Source: a virus
Lineage: Duplodnaviria > Heunggongvirae > Uroviricota > Caudoviricetes
Virus record (IMG/VR): IMGVR_UViG_3300035680_000003
Reading direction: 5' to 3' (one strand)
DNA: 64,000 bases
The translations under genes were made by a program, and so were the position numbers. The notes under the pieces were generated by a model that had not been told where the DNA came from, ran no database searches, and was given only the letters and a program-made list of their open reading frames with translations. This document shows, piece by piece, positions 27,844-35,737 of the stretch (the first letter of the stretch is position 1; each line of letters opens with the position of its first letter).

Positions 27844-30516
27844 TCAATCAAAGGAAAATAATTTGCCAAAGGTATTGTCTTGGGTAGTTGATTCTAAATC
27901 CCAATCCAGCACACCGATGAGGTTGTCCAGTTTGTTGTTAATGATAGCAGTTTCCATTTCGCTGTGATCGAATGGCAGGTCTTGGAACCATTTAGGTAAT
28001 CGCATCTCATCGACCGGATAAGCAATGGATGTGTAGCCTAATGGATTGTCTTTAACTTTACAAACAATGACCTTCATGCCGTCAACAATGCCCATTGAGT
28101 ATTTGTCACCGTTCATGCGTTTTAGCGTATTCCAGTTAATAGCAGCACGGACATGCCCTGGCATATTAGCCTTGCCTTGTTTAGCTTCCTTGGCTTGATA
28201 CTCTGTGATGTTGTTAGCTCGTTTGGGACTACCCTTCTCCCAACCTGGACGGGCTTTGAACTCAGTCCGGAACGCACTGATCATTTCTAGAATTTCTTGT
28301 TCCTCTGCACCATTCAGTACTCGAGTAAGAACTTCTTCTAAGAACTTTTGCATAAATTCGGGAGTATCACTACGCTTAAGATCTAGACCCATAGCTTTGA
28401 TCTTACCTGGCTTACCGTCAGTGTCCTGTCTCTTACCATCTTTGTCGTAATACAATACTGCATAACGTTTCTTGGTAATGAACAGGCCTTTAACAGCAAC
28501 AATTTCTCGCCCACCTTTGATAACCTCACCGCGTGTCTTTGGGCAATGAAATGCATCCAACATGAACTGCGGGAATGTTGCATTTACGTTTTCGGCAATC
28601 TGATCATACAACTGAATAACAACATCTCTATCCCAAGGGATTAGCTTTTTGTTAATATCAGTCTTTAGCGTATTATAAGCTGAGAAGTAGCAACTGTCAG
28701 TATCACCGTAGATAATACTCTTACCTACGTGATCAAACTCACCGGTAATCATTTCATTGACTTTGCCTGCCATATGCTTGGCAATCTGCCTGCCAACAAG
28801 TGTAGTGGACTGCCCAATACGCTTATCAAAGAATCTGCAACCAGGATTCAAAATAGCACCATACAAACTATTCAAGTTAATCTTCTTGACCAACTGTCGC
28901 TTGTCCCAATACTCTTCTTCGATCTTGTTACCTGCTTCGATAGCTGCCTTGAGCTTCTTCTGCATATCTTTACGTTCAGCATACCATCGCTTTAACAGTC
29001 CAGGAATAATGCCTTCATGTTCATAGGTAAAGATAGTGCCGTTGGCGCTTAACATCCAAGGTTGATTACTGTCAAAGATTAACTTATATGCTTCAGCTGC
29101 ACTCATAATATCACTTTGATCGTTTTCCCAATCAACTGTAATTTCAAATGCACGGTCCTGTTGCATAACTGCTTCATACTCTAGGCTACCAAACATACCT
29201 TCCCAAGCCGCCGCAAATGATTTTTTATGAACCATCATTTGTTCATCGATATGTTGATCTGTCCTGTCCTGACGTAACTGACCGATGATAGTTTCTGGAC
29301 CCATGTTGAGCGCACGAATAGCTGACGGATACAATGAGTTAATGTCAATAGATCCGATCCAGTCGTGGATACCTTTCTTGGGATATGCAACATAAGCACC
29401 TGCTGCCTGATTATTTGCGTCCTCGTCACGTTTGGCACGATTGGGCACAATGAGACCACGGTGGTGGGCTTCGTTTACAATAGCCTGTTCAGTTACAGCA
29501 ACTGCACCCATTGTGGTCTGTAATAGCACCGTACATTCGTGTGCCAGTGTGTTAGCAAGATCGATAAACTTTAGTTTCTTATCCAGCTTGTCTAACAATG
29601 CGGTATCTTGTCTGTTGTACTCAATGAACTTACGGAAGTCATTGTTATATAACTGATCAAGTGTACCTTCATAGTGAGTCTTGCTCTCGCCTACTTCCAT
29701 CTCTCCAATGGCATCCAGTCGGTAAGTGTGTCGCTCTTCATATGTGTATTTGCGGTACAGCTCGAGACTGTCCAGATGAACACGACCAACCAGATCATAA
29801 GTAACAGCCGCTTTTCCATATTTTTCGTACTCTCTCTTCTTGGGAAATTGACCCCACAGACAAAATCTACGAGTGTCTTCTTTACTCAGTGCTTTGATAA
29901 CTCTGTTAACTGTGTAAGGGATATCATAGCCTTCACTGTTCCATCCACTGAGAATGTCAGCATCTTGAATGAGATCCAAAAACGCATCTAACATCTCTGC
30001 TTCAGTTTCAAACAGATGTGTATTAGGAAAGTCCTTAACTAACGCTGTTGCTTGCTCCATTGTCAGGGTCTTTGGAGGAACAGCAAAGCAGACCAGTGTG
30101 TCTAACCATTGTAGGTGAACAGCAATCGATGTAATAGGCATGAAAGCATCCTCGGGGGTGCTATAACCTCTTTCAGGATCAAAGTCCACCTCAATGTCGA
30201 AGAACGCCACATTGAGTTTAGGCGGTTCGTGATTGAGATAGTTTTCTTCTAGGGTTTTGAATACAGTGTTGATGTCTGATTCATACAGTCTGTGGCTGCT
30301 GTGGATCCGTTGTTCTTTTTGAAAGTCTTTGTAGGACCTTGTGACAACTTTATTTAGATTTTCACCGTAAATTGATTTGTATTTTCCGCGTTGATCGGGA
30401 TAATAAAATGTATATCTTGCAGGAAACTCCTGAAAGATTCTGCCTTTCTTTAGATCACGCTCAACGACATGCACAATGTCTTTGTCGCGATCCCACATGG
30501 CATCGACGTAGCTCAT
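27844..30516 (-). CDS. Family B DNA polymerase (gp43-like)
   Basis: Exo motifs FDIE, GWNSEGYD and YNRQD; polymerase motifs DINSLYPS, KINLNSLYG, YGDTDS and KKRY. The start is likely ATG 30516 (SD AAGGAG), not 30546. Confidence 0.97.
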   Translation of the reverse strand: MSYVDAMWDRDKDIVHVVERDLKKGRIFQEFPARYTFYYPDQRGKYKSIYGENLNKVVTRSYKDFQKEQRIHSSHRLYESDINTVFKTLEENYLNHEPPKLNVAFFDIEVDFDPERGYSTPEDAFMPITSIAVHLQWLDTLVCFAVPPKTLTMEQATALVKDFPNTHLFETEAEMLDAFLDLIQDADILSGWNSEGYDIPYTVNRVIKALSKEDTRRFCLWGQFPKKREYEKYGKAAVTYDLVGRVHLDSLELYRKYTYEERHTYRLDAIGEMEVGESKTHYEGTLDQLYNNDFRKFIEYNRQDTALLDKLDKKLKFIDLANTLAHECTVLLQTTMGAVAVTEQAIVNEAHHRGLIVPNRAKRDEDANNQAAGAYVAYPKKGIHDWIGSIDINSLYPSAIRALNMGPETIIGQLRQDRTDQHIDEQMMVHKKSFAAAWEGMFGSLEYEAVMQQDRAFEITVDWENDQSDIMSAAEAYKLIFDSNQPWMLSANGTIFTYEHEGIIPGLLKRWYAERKDMQKKLKAAIEAGNKIEEEYWDKRQLVKKINLNSLYGAILNPGCRFFDKRIGQSTTLVGRQIAKHMAGKVNEMITGEFDHVGKSIIYGDTDSCYFSAYNTLKTDINKKLIPWDRDVVIQLYDQIAENVNATFPQFMLDAFHCPKTRGEVIKGGREIVAVKGLFITKKRYAVLYYDKDGKRQDTDGKPGKIKAMGLDLKRSDTPEFMQKFLEEVLTRVLNGAEEQEILEMISAFRTEFKARPGWEKGSPKRANNITEYQAKEAKQGKANMPGHVRAAINWNTLKRMNGDKYSMGIVDGMKVIVCKVKDNPLGYTSIAYPVDEMRLPKWFQDLPFDHSEMETAIINNKLDNLIGVLDWDLESTTQDNTFGKLFSFD

Positions 30517-30585
30517 ATAGTTCTCCTTACCGCTTATGGCCGGCAACCGTTCTTGTGATCATTTATAGCTGATCAAACTTTTCTC

Positions 30586-30885
30586 TTATATATTTAACAA
30601 TCTAATATAGCCGATGACGTCTATAGTGACTAACAGTAGGTAGTTGGCTACCATACCTGTGCTCTTTCGAGTCCATGATGCCCATGCAAAAATTGCACAT
30701 TGCAAAATAAATATCGGATACAGATAGAAAAACAGCGGATCAGTTGCACCTGCTGCCAATGTCAGAGAGCAGCCTAAACTCATTAACCATGCTGAAATTT
30801 CTAACGAAAATCGGACAGGCCATTCTCGATAGTCATTCCTGGCCCAGTTGTACACGTTTCCAAGTACAGTTGTAAGTCTAGTCAT
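30586..30885 (-). CDS. Small membrane protein
   Basis: 99 aa with three hydrophobic segments. Confidence 0.7.
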   Translation of the reverse strand: MTRLTTVLGNVYNWARNDYREWPVRFSLEISAWLMSLGCSLTLAAGATDPLFFYLYPIFILQCAIFAWASWTRKSTGMVANYLLLVTIDVIGYIRLLNI

Positions 30886-31238
30886 TAATCTGCCTGTCTT
30901 GTAATAAAATTTACCCTAATTTTTTTAGGATTAAAATATTTTGTTACTACATTCTGTGCAGTTAGCAAATCAAACTCTTTACAACTAAAAATATCAAAGT
31001 ATGCAGTTCCGTCGAGTTCCATAAAATGACCACAAATATTACTTGTAGTTATTAGCTGCATTAAGCTGTAACCTTGTTTTGAATCTCCAGGTAACAAATA
31101 TTCGATTATAGGTTCTCCGTACGCGACCATGTCGATCTTGTCAACAAGGTCTTTTACAAAATTATAAATGTTATCTTTGCAGTGAATTTGTTCACAACCA
31201 CTACAATCTAACATTAAATGATATCCCCAGTGGCTCAT
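30885..31238 (-). CDS. speD: S-adenosylmethionine decarboxylase proenzyme-like (class 1B)
   Basis: GYHL.LD..GC N-terminus, LITT|SNICGH at the pyruvoyl self-cleavage position, and DIFSC motif. Confidence 0.75.
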   Translation of the reverse strand: MSHWGYHLMLDCSGCEQIHCKDNIYNFVKDLVDKIDMVAYGEPIIEYLLPGDSKQGYSLMQLITTSNICGHFMELDGTAYFDIFSCKEFDLLTAQNVVTKYFNPKKIRVNFITRQAD

Positions 31239-31507
31239 TAGTCTTCACGACGATTAGCGTGACCTGCAATATCGACAATAGTTTCAAGATCGTCGAATTC
31301 ACGGAACACTTGATCCCATTGATCTTTCTGTGCAATTTTGATTGCTTTGCGAATAACACTAGGTTTTACCTCTAGTTCTTCTGCCACTGCTTTGATAGTT
31401 TCATTCAAACCTTCAGTGAGGTCTTGAATTTCCTGCATAACAGTCATACCTTCGGATACGATCTGTTTGATTTTTGCCTGTTCTGGTGCGCCAAATGCTT
31501 TTCCCAT
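31238..31507 (-). CDS. Small dsDNA-binding protein (T4 DsbA/GapR-like)
   Basis: Helical 89 aa protein with a IKAVAEELEVKPSVIRKAIK pattern; has its own sigma70 promoter. Confidence 0.6.
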   Translation of the reverse strand: MGKAFGAPEQAKIKQIVSEGMTVMQEIQDLTEGLNETIKAVAEELEVKPSVIRKAIKIAQKDQWDQVFREFDDLETIVDIAGHANRRED

Positions 31508-31527
31508 AATATCTCCTGTGAGTATAT

Positions 31528-31556
31528 AGTATACAGGGTTGTGATTACAAGGTCAA
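31528..31556 (-). promoter_or_regulatory. Sigma70-type promoter
   Basis: Minus strand TTGACC-17 bp-TATACT with an extended TG. Confidence 0.7.
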
Positions 31557-32174
31557 ACTTTTTTCTGTGTATTCTGCCCTAGTCCAACCAAGAAGAAAGT
31601 TTGCTTTCCAATCATTTTGTGCAAAGCCAGTAAGGTTTTTCCATTGATCTCTGTGTGCTAGAACCTGTCGAGATGCATCACGCCAGTCAGTGTGTCGTAC
31701 CTTAAAATCAAACATCTGCATAGATTTTAGGAATGTGTCGTAGTCGTAGTTGTCATACTCGACGTGCAGTACTTCATAGATATTACCAGCGTCATCTACT
31801 GCATCTAATGCAAAATCAAATCCCCATTTCTGTGGAGTTTTCAATAACCACTCTGCCTCGGGAATATCCTTTTTTATTTTTCTTAGTTGATGTTCTGCGT
31901 AGTCCTCGTATCTGCAACGATGCAGGATCAATGAGTGATCTAGTATTAGACCTATATCGTTATATTCTAGAGCAAACCAAGGTTCTTGCCAGCAGCGATG
32001 ATTAAGTATAGGATGGTCTATAGGATGGTGCATCATCCCGTAATATTTCTGTTCTGCTTGATTTAATTCAAATCCGTCTTTGTCATAGAATTTAAAATCT
32101 TCTGCAACAACATTGTAGATGGGCTCACTACAGACAGGATTTGATACTACCGGTACATCAAATCTTTTAAACAT
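31545..32174 (-). CDS. Hypothetical protein
   Basis: 209 aa aromatic-rich globular ORF. Confidence 0.7.
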   Translation of the reverse strand: MFKRFDVPVVSNPVCSEPIYNVVAEDFKFYDKDGFELNQAEQKYYGMMHHPIDHPILNHRCWQEPWFALEYNDIGLILDHSLILHRCRYEDYAEHQLRKIKKDIPEAEWLLKTPQKWGFDFALDAVDDAGNIYEVLHVEYDNYDYDTFLKSMQMFDFKVRHTDWRDASRQVLAHRDQWKNLTGFAQNDWKANFLLGWTRAEYTEKSLTL

Positions 32175-32177
32175 GTT

Positions 32178-32387
32178 TTATTTTTTTGTGGGCTGCTTTG
32201 CATCGTAGTAGGCTGCTATAGCCATACGATCTTTCTTTTCTGGATCTTTGTTTTTAAATTGACGATATTGATTTGGGTCAGCAGTTTGAAAACGTTGTTT
32301 CCAATAGTCAATAGGCATATCGGGCCTTAGTTTAGGCTGTGGTCCGACTGGCTTAGTTTGTTGAGCAGGCTCCTCTGTCGGTGCCAC
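32178..32387 (-). CDS. Small ORF, probably the -1 frameshift extension of the 897 aa protein
   Basis: The frame is open upstream to 32423 and passes through the A_AAA_AAG site at the end of the upstream gene. An independent GTG start is possible. Confidence 0.6.
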   Translation of the reverse strand: MAPTEEPAQQTKPVGPQPKLRPDMPIDYWKQRFQTADPNQYRQFKNKDPEKKDRMAIAAYYDAKQPTKK

Positions 32388-32412
32388 CGGTTCCTGCTCA
32401 ATTACTTTTTTG
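32361..32412 (-). promoter_or_regulatory. Candidate programmed -1 ribosomal frameshift signal
   Basis: Minus strand TC-A AAA AAG-TAA, followed by a 9-bp inverted repeat TTGAGCAGG...CCTGCTCAA (32361-32369 / 32393-32401). Confidence 0.6.
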
Positions 32413-35095
32413 ATTTCTTCTTTTCAGGAAGACCTTTGTGCTTAGTTGATGCAAAGTCTTTGGCATCTTTCTTGCCCATATCCTTGGCTACTTTGGCAAC
32501 TTCTTTACTGGCAGGCTTTTCACCTTTTTGTGCAGCATGAACCATGCCCATAAACTTTTGTTGCTGCTTGCTTACTGCTTTTTCACTCAGGACCTGTTGC
32601 AATGAGTGGGCAAGACTTTCCATATATACATCAACTTCGGATACTGACTGTTCCATACTTCTCAACTCACCAAGTGTGTCGGAAACAAAGTCTTCATCAT
32701 AGCTGATCAAATATCTTGCCTCCTTTGGCGACATGTTTAATTCTTTGACCAGCACCATGCCTATTGCGTTGATCAATTCATTTTCTTGTGCAGGATCGTA
32801 TTTGATTCCACGATCTGATAGAATTTTAGCAACTTGATAACTTGTGCGATCTTCCGGTGCTTCCGCTACACCTTGCTCACTCTCGCCTATTTCAAGTTCG
32901 CCGCGACTAGCCATTCGGTTTTGTAATTTATCCAGATTACCCGACTGCAACTGACTATCAAATTGTGGTAGCATTTGAGCAAGGGTATCAGGATCCATTT
33001 CAATATCAAATTGATTTGATAGTATCTGTTGCCAATTTAGTATTCTTCTTTTTTCTGGTGTTCCTATAGGAGCCATGACTACTGCTTTTAGATATGCCAT
33101 TGCTAAATGTGTTTTGTTTGCTCCAGAGCCTTCCGCCACACCTTGCTCAGGACTATGTCTCAGATTGGCTATGTAACCATTGGGACCAGTCCATTGATCT
33201 TTATAGTCTTGCCATTCGTTCTGACTCCATGCTATAGGGAACATTTGCCAGGCCCACATTCCATGGGTATTAAACTCGCTAGAAAATTCCTGTATGTCTG
33301 CCAGTGTAATACCCGAGGTCTTGGTCTGTTTAGCAACATCAATCAACCAGTGCGCCATGGTTTCGCCACCGTCTTCGAATTCGCTTAATTTTTTTAATTT
33401 ATTAAATCTATCTGCACCTTGCTTGGCAAACTCACGGCAAAGATCTTCAAGCCATTTTATAAATTCCTGACCAAATTTGGCCAATGCAGTCTCGGGGTCG
33501 CTGCCTGTTCTTGCAGTGAGGGACTTATTCAAATTATCTACACCTTGCCTGGCACCAGCACCGCCTGTGATCTGTCCCATCATGCTGTCAAATCTCTCAT
33601 CGCCTGTTGCCTCCGCCACACCTTGCTTTTTATTTCGCAACAGGCCCACCTGTTTTAGTTTTGGGTCCATGAAGTAATAAACATTCCCGTCAGCACCCAC
33701 AGCATGACTTTTACTTGCAGTGTATCCAGTTCTTAATTCATCAGGAGTTGCAGGTCTTACTTGTTTCACTGATTCACGCAAATCGCCTTCTTCAGGGTCT
33801 TGGCCAGTTTTTACAAAATGTTCAAGTTCTTCAAGTGAATAACCAACTTGATCGGCTAGGTTTTGTTTGTCTTCTGGCGACATTCTGCGCCATCCACTTC
33901 TTATTGTTTGTAGTTGTAGGGACAACTCGTGGCGTCTGGTCATTTCGTTACCAGCATTAGTTACTGGACCGTTTAAAATGTTTCTGATTTCTGAAGTATA
34001 GTATGCGTCTGCTTTACCTGCCATTTGACTACCGTACTGTTGACCTAATGTTTTCCCACCAAACTTTTTGACTTGTTGTGCGCTTAATACTTTGGCAAGA
34101 TGCGTAAAATCTTTTCCGTTTCTTATTGCGGCTACTAGTTTTTCTTCGGCCGCTTCAATCCATTCTTGGAATTCAGGATCTGCTTGAACGGCCAAGTTGT
34201 CTACTTCTTGATTATAGAAGTCAATTGATTGTTGGTGCCCATCTGTACCTGCGGCATTAGCTGGCATGTTTACACTTGAGCTACCAAATGCCTCCGCCAC
34301 ACCTTGCTTTGGCAAATCACTTAATTGATCCGGAATATAGTCTTCATCGTAACTTAATAAGTAACGAATTTGTTTTGAACTCATTCCTGCTTTCTTCATG
34401 TATTGAGCCATCAATCCGATGAGTTCATCTTCTTTATCTGGGCTGTAGGTAATGCCGTCTTGAGCCATTTGCTGTCCAATGGACAACTTAGTTTGATCCG
34501 CTGGGATACTCAAATACTGGTCGCCTGGCATACTGGCTCCACCTTCCTCTACACCTTGCTGCTCTGCTTTTGCTTTGGCCTCATCTCTAGTACGACTATA
34601 ACCTTGGGCTATTGCTAGTTGTACTTGATTAGGGTAGACAGACGTTTTGAACATTTTACCATCTTTAACAACATACCAGTCTGTTGGATCTAAGTCGTGT
34701 CGTTCATCATCGCCGCGATTGAATGCACCACCTACTCCACGAAATGGCATGCCTGCTTCTGCTAACTTTGATTTTAGTTGATCAATTTTTGTGCGTAGAG
34801 ATTCCATATAGGGCTTTTTATGTTTTGCAGCGCCCTGCTTTTGTTCTTTTTTCTTATCCTTGTGTGCGCCTGCACCACTGGACTTGGCATTCTTAGCAAC
34901 AAAATTACGGGGAGTAGTTGCAGGAACTTTGTCTTTACCTGCTTCTTGTGCCAAGATATTTCCGCGCTTTTGGACTTTGCCTAACGAGCTCGGTGCTGTA
35001 GCAACACTACCTGAACCGGTTGCACCTGCTGTCATTGACTCTAATGTATAGCGAGTTTCGTTATTGCTTTTTGATTTTTTAAATTCGTTGTTCAT
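32402..35095 (-). CDS. Modular predicted internal head polyprotein with repeated QGVAE junctions; C-terminal DUF3008-like module
   Basis: Unrelated modules are joined by xQGV(A/E)E; many further L/V/M-x-E sites; basic C-terminal KAVSKQQQKFMG...KHKGLP module. Confidence 0.7.
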   Translation of the reverse strand: MNNEFKKSKSNNETRYTLESMTAGATGSGSVATAPSSLGKVQKRGNILAQEAGKDKVPATTPRNFVAKNAKSSGAGAHKDKKKEQKQGAAKHKKPYMESLRTKIDQLKSKLAEAGMPFRGVGGAFNRGDDERHDLDPTDWYVVKDGKMFKTSVYPNQVQLAIAQGYSRTRDEAKAKAEQQGVEEGGASMPGDQYLSIPADQTKLSIGQQMAQDGITYSPDKEDELIGLMAQYMKKAGMSSKQIRYLLSYDEDYIPDQLSDLPKQGVAEAFGSSSVNMPANAAGTDGHQQSIDFYNQEVDNLAVQADPEFQEWIEAAEEKLVAAIRNGKDFTHLAKVLSAQQVKKFGGKTLGQQYGSQMAGKADAYYTSEIRNILNGPVTNAGNEMTRRHELSLQLQTIRSGWRRMSPEDKQNLADQVGYSLEELEHFVKTGQDPEEGDLRESVKQVRPATPDELRTGYTASKSHAVGADGNVYYFMDPKLKQVGLLRNKKQGVAEATGDERFDSMMGQITGGAGARQGVDNLNKSLTARTGSDPETALAKFGQEFIKWLEDLCREFAKQGADRFNKLKKLSEFEDGGETMAHWLIDVAKQTKTSGITLADIQEFSSEFNTHGMWAWQMFPIAWSQNEWQDYKDQWTGPNGYIANLRHSPEQGVAEGSGANKTHLAMAYLKAVVMAPIGTPEKRRILNWQQILSNQFDIEMDPDTLAQMLPQFDSQLQSGNLDKLQNRMASRGELEIGESEQGVAEAPEDRTSYQVAKILSDRGIKYDPAQENELINAIGMVLVKELNMSPKEARYLISYDEDFVSDTLGELRSMEQSVSEVDVYMESLAHSLQQVLSEKAVSKQQQKFMGMVHAAQKGEKPASKEVAKVAKDMGKKDAKDFASTKHKGLPEKKKSKK

Positions 35096-35457
35096 TTCTT
35101 CATCCAGTTTGCTACAGGGCTTACGGTATATGTATTGTCCAGTTCGCGACTTTCCATATCACCTTTATTTACATCTTTATAGTTTGCACCAACTACCTTG
35201 TATGCTTGTTTAAGCATTTCTTGTTCTTCTTTACTGTAAGGATGAGTAGTTTTAGTTTTACCCGCCCAACTCTTACCATTCATTTCGATGGGGTCTTTTC
35301 CGTTGGCTCCTGCTACTGCCATGCCTAATCTATAGGATGTATAAGTGCTGTCGGCTCTTTCACCGTCCTTGTAGGTATTTAAACCACGAGTAGCCTGTTG
35401 CTGTCTCTTGGTAATTTTACCTGTTTTCATCTCAGTGATTAGTTCATTGATGCGCAT
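35092..35457 (-). CDS. Small predicted internal head protein
   Basis: The likely start ATG 35457 gives MRINELITE, resembling the T4 capsid-targeting sequence; TAAATA lies just upstream. Confidence 0.65.
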   Translation of the reverse strand: MRINELITEMKTGKITKRQQQATRGLNTYKDGERADSTYTSYRLGMAVAGANGKDPIEMNGKSWAGKTKTTHPYSKEEQEMLKQAYKVVGANYKDVNKGDMESRELDNTYTVSPVANWMKK

Positions 35458-35461
35458 AATG

Positions 35462-35737
35462 TTATTTATTTCTTCCGTACCATAGTTCAAACCATGCGGG
35501 AGAACCAGATTTAATTCCATGCTCTTTCATGTATTTAGCCTTATCTACAGCACCAGATTTAACGTAATTGGATTCTCTTACGGATGCATTGTATTCGTGC
35601 AGTCGTTCTGTAGCATTTAGCCCGCCCATATAGCTAACAGTCTTTAAGGCGTGTATAGGATCTTCCGGTGCAAGATAGCAATCGTCCGGACTGTCCTTTA
35701 CCATGTTTTCGTGAGTGATGTAATACTGCTTGATCAT
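35462..35737 (-). CDS. Hypothetical protein
   Basis: 91 aa ORF coupled to the 1606 aa gene by an ATGA overlap. Confidence 0.65.
   Translation of the reverse strand: MIKQYYITHENMVKDSPDDCYLAPEDPIHALKTVSYMGGLNATERLHEYNASVRESNYVKSGAVDKAKYMKEHGIKSGSPAWFELWYGRNK

Noticed and set aside
27844-30516. Intein or intron in DNA polymerase (also checked clpA and thyA)
   Set aside because: Lengths are normal, motifs are contiguous, and no splice-junction or homing-endonuclease motifs were seen.
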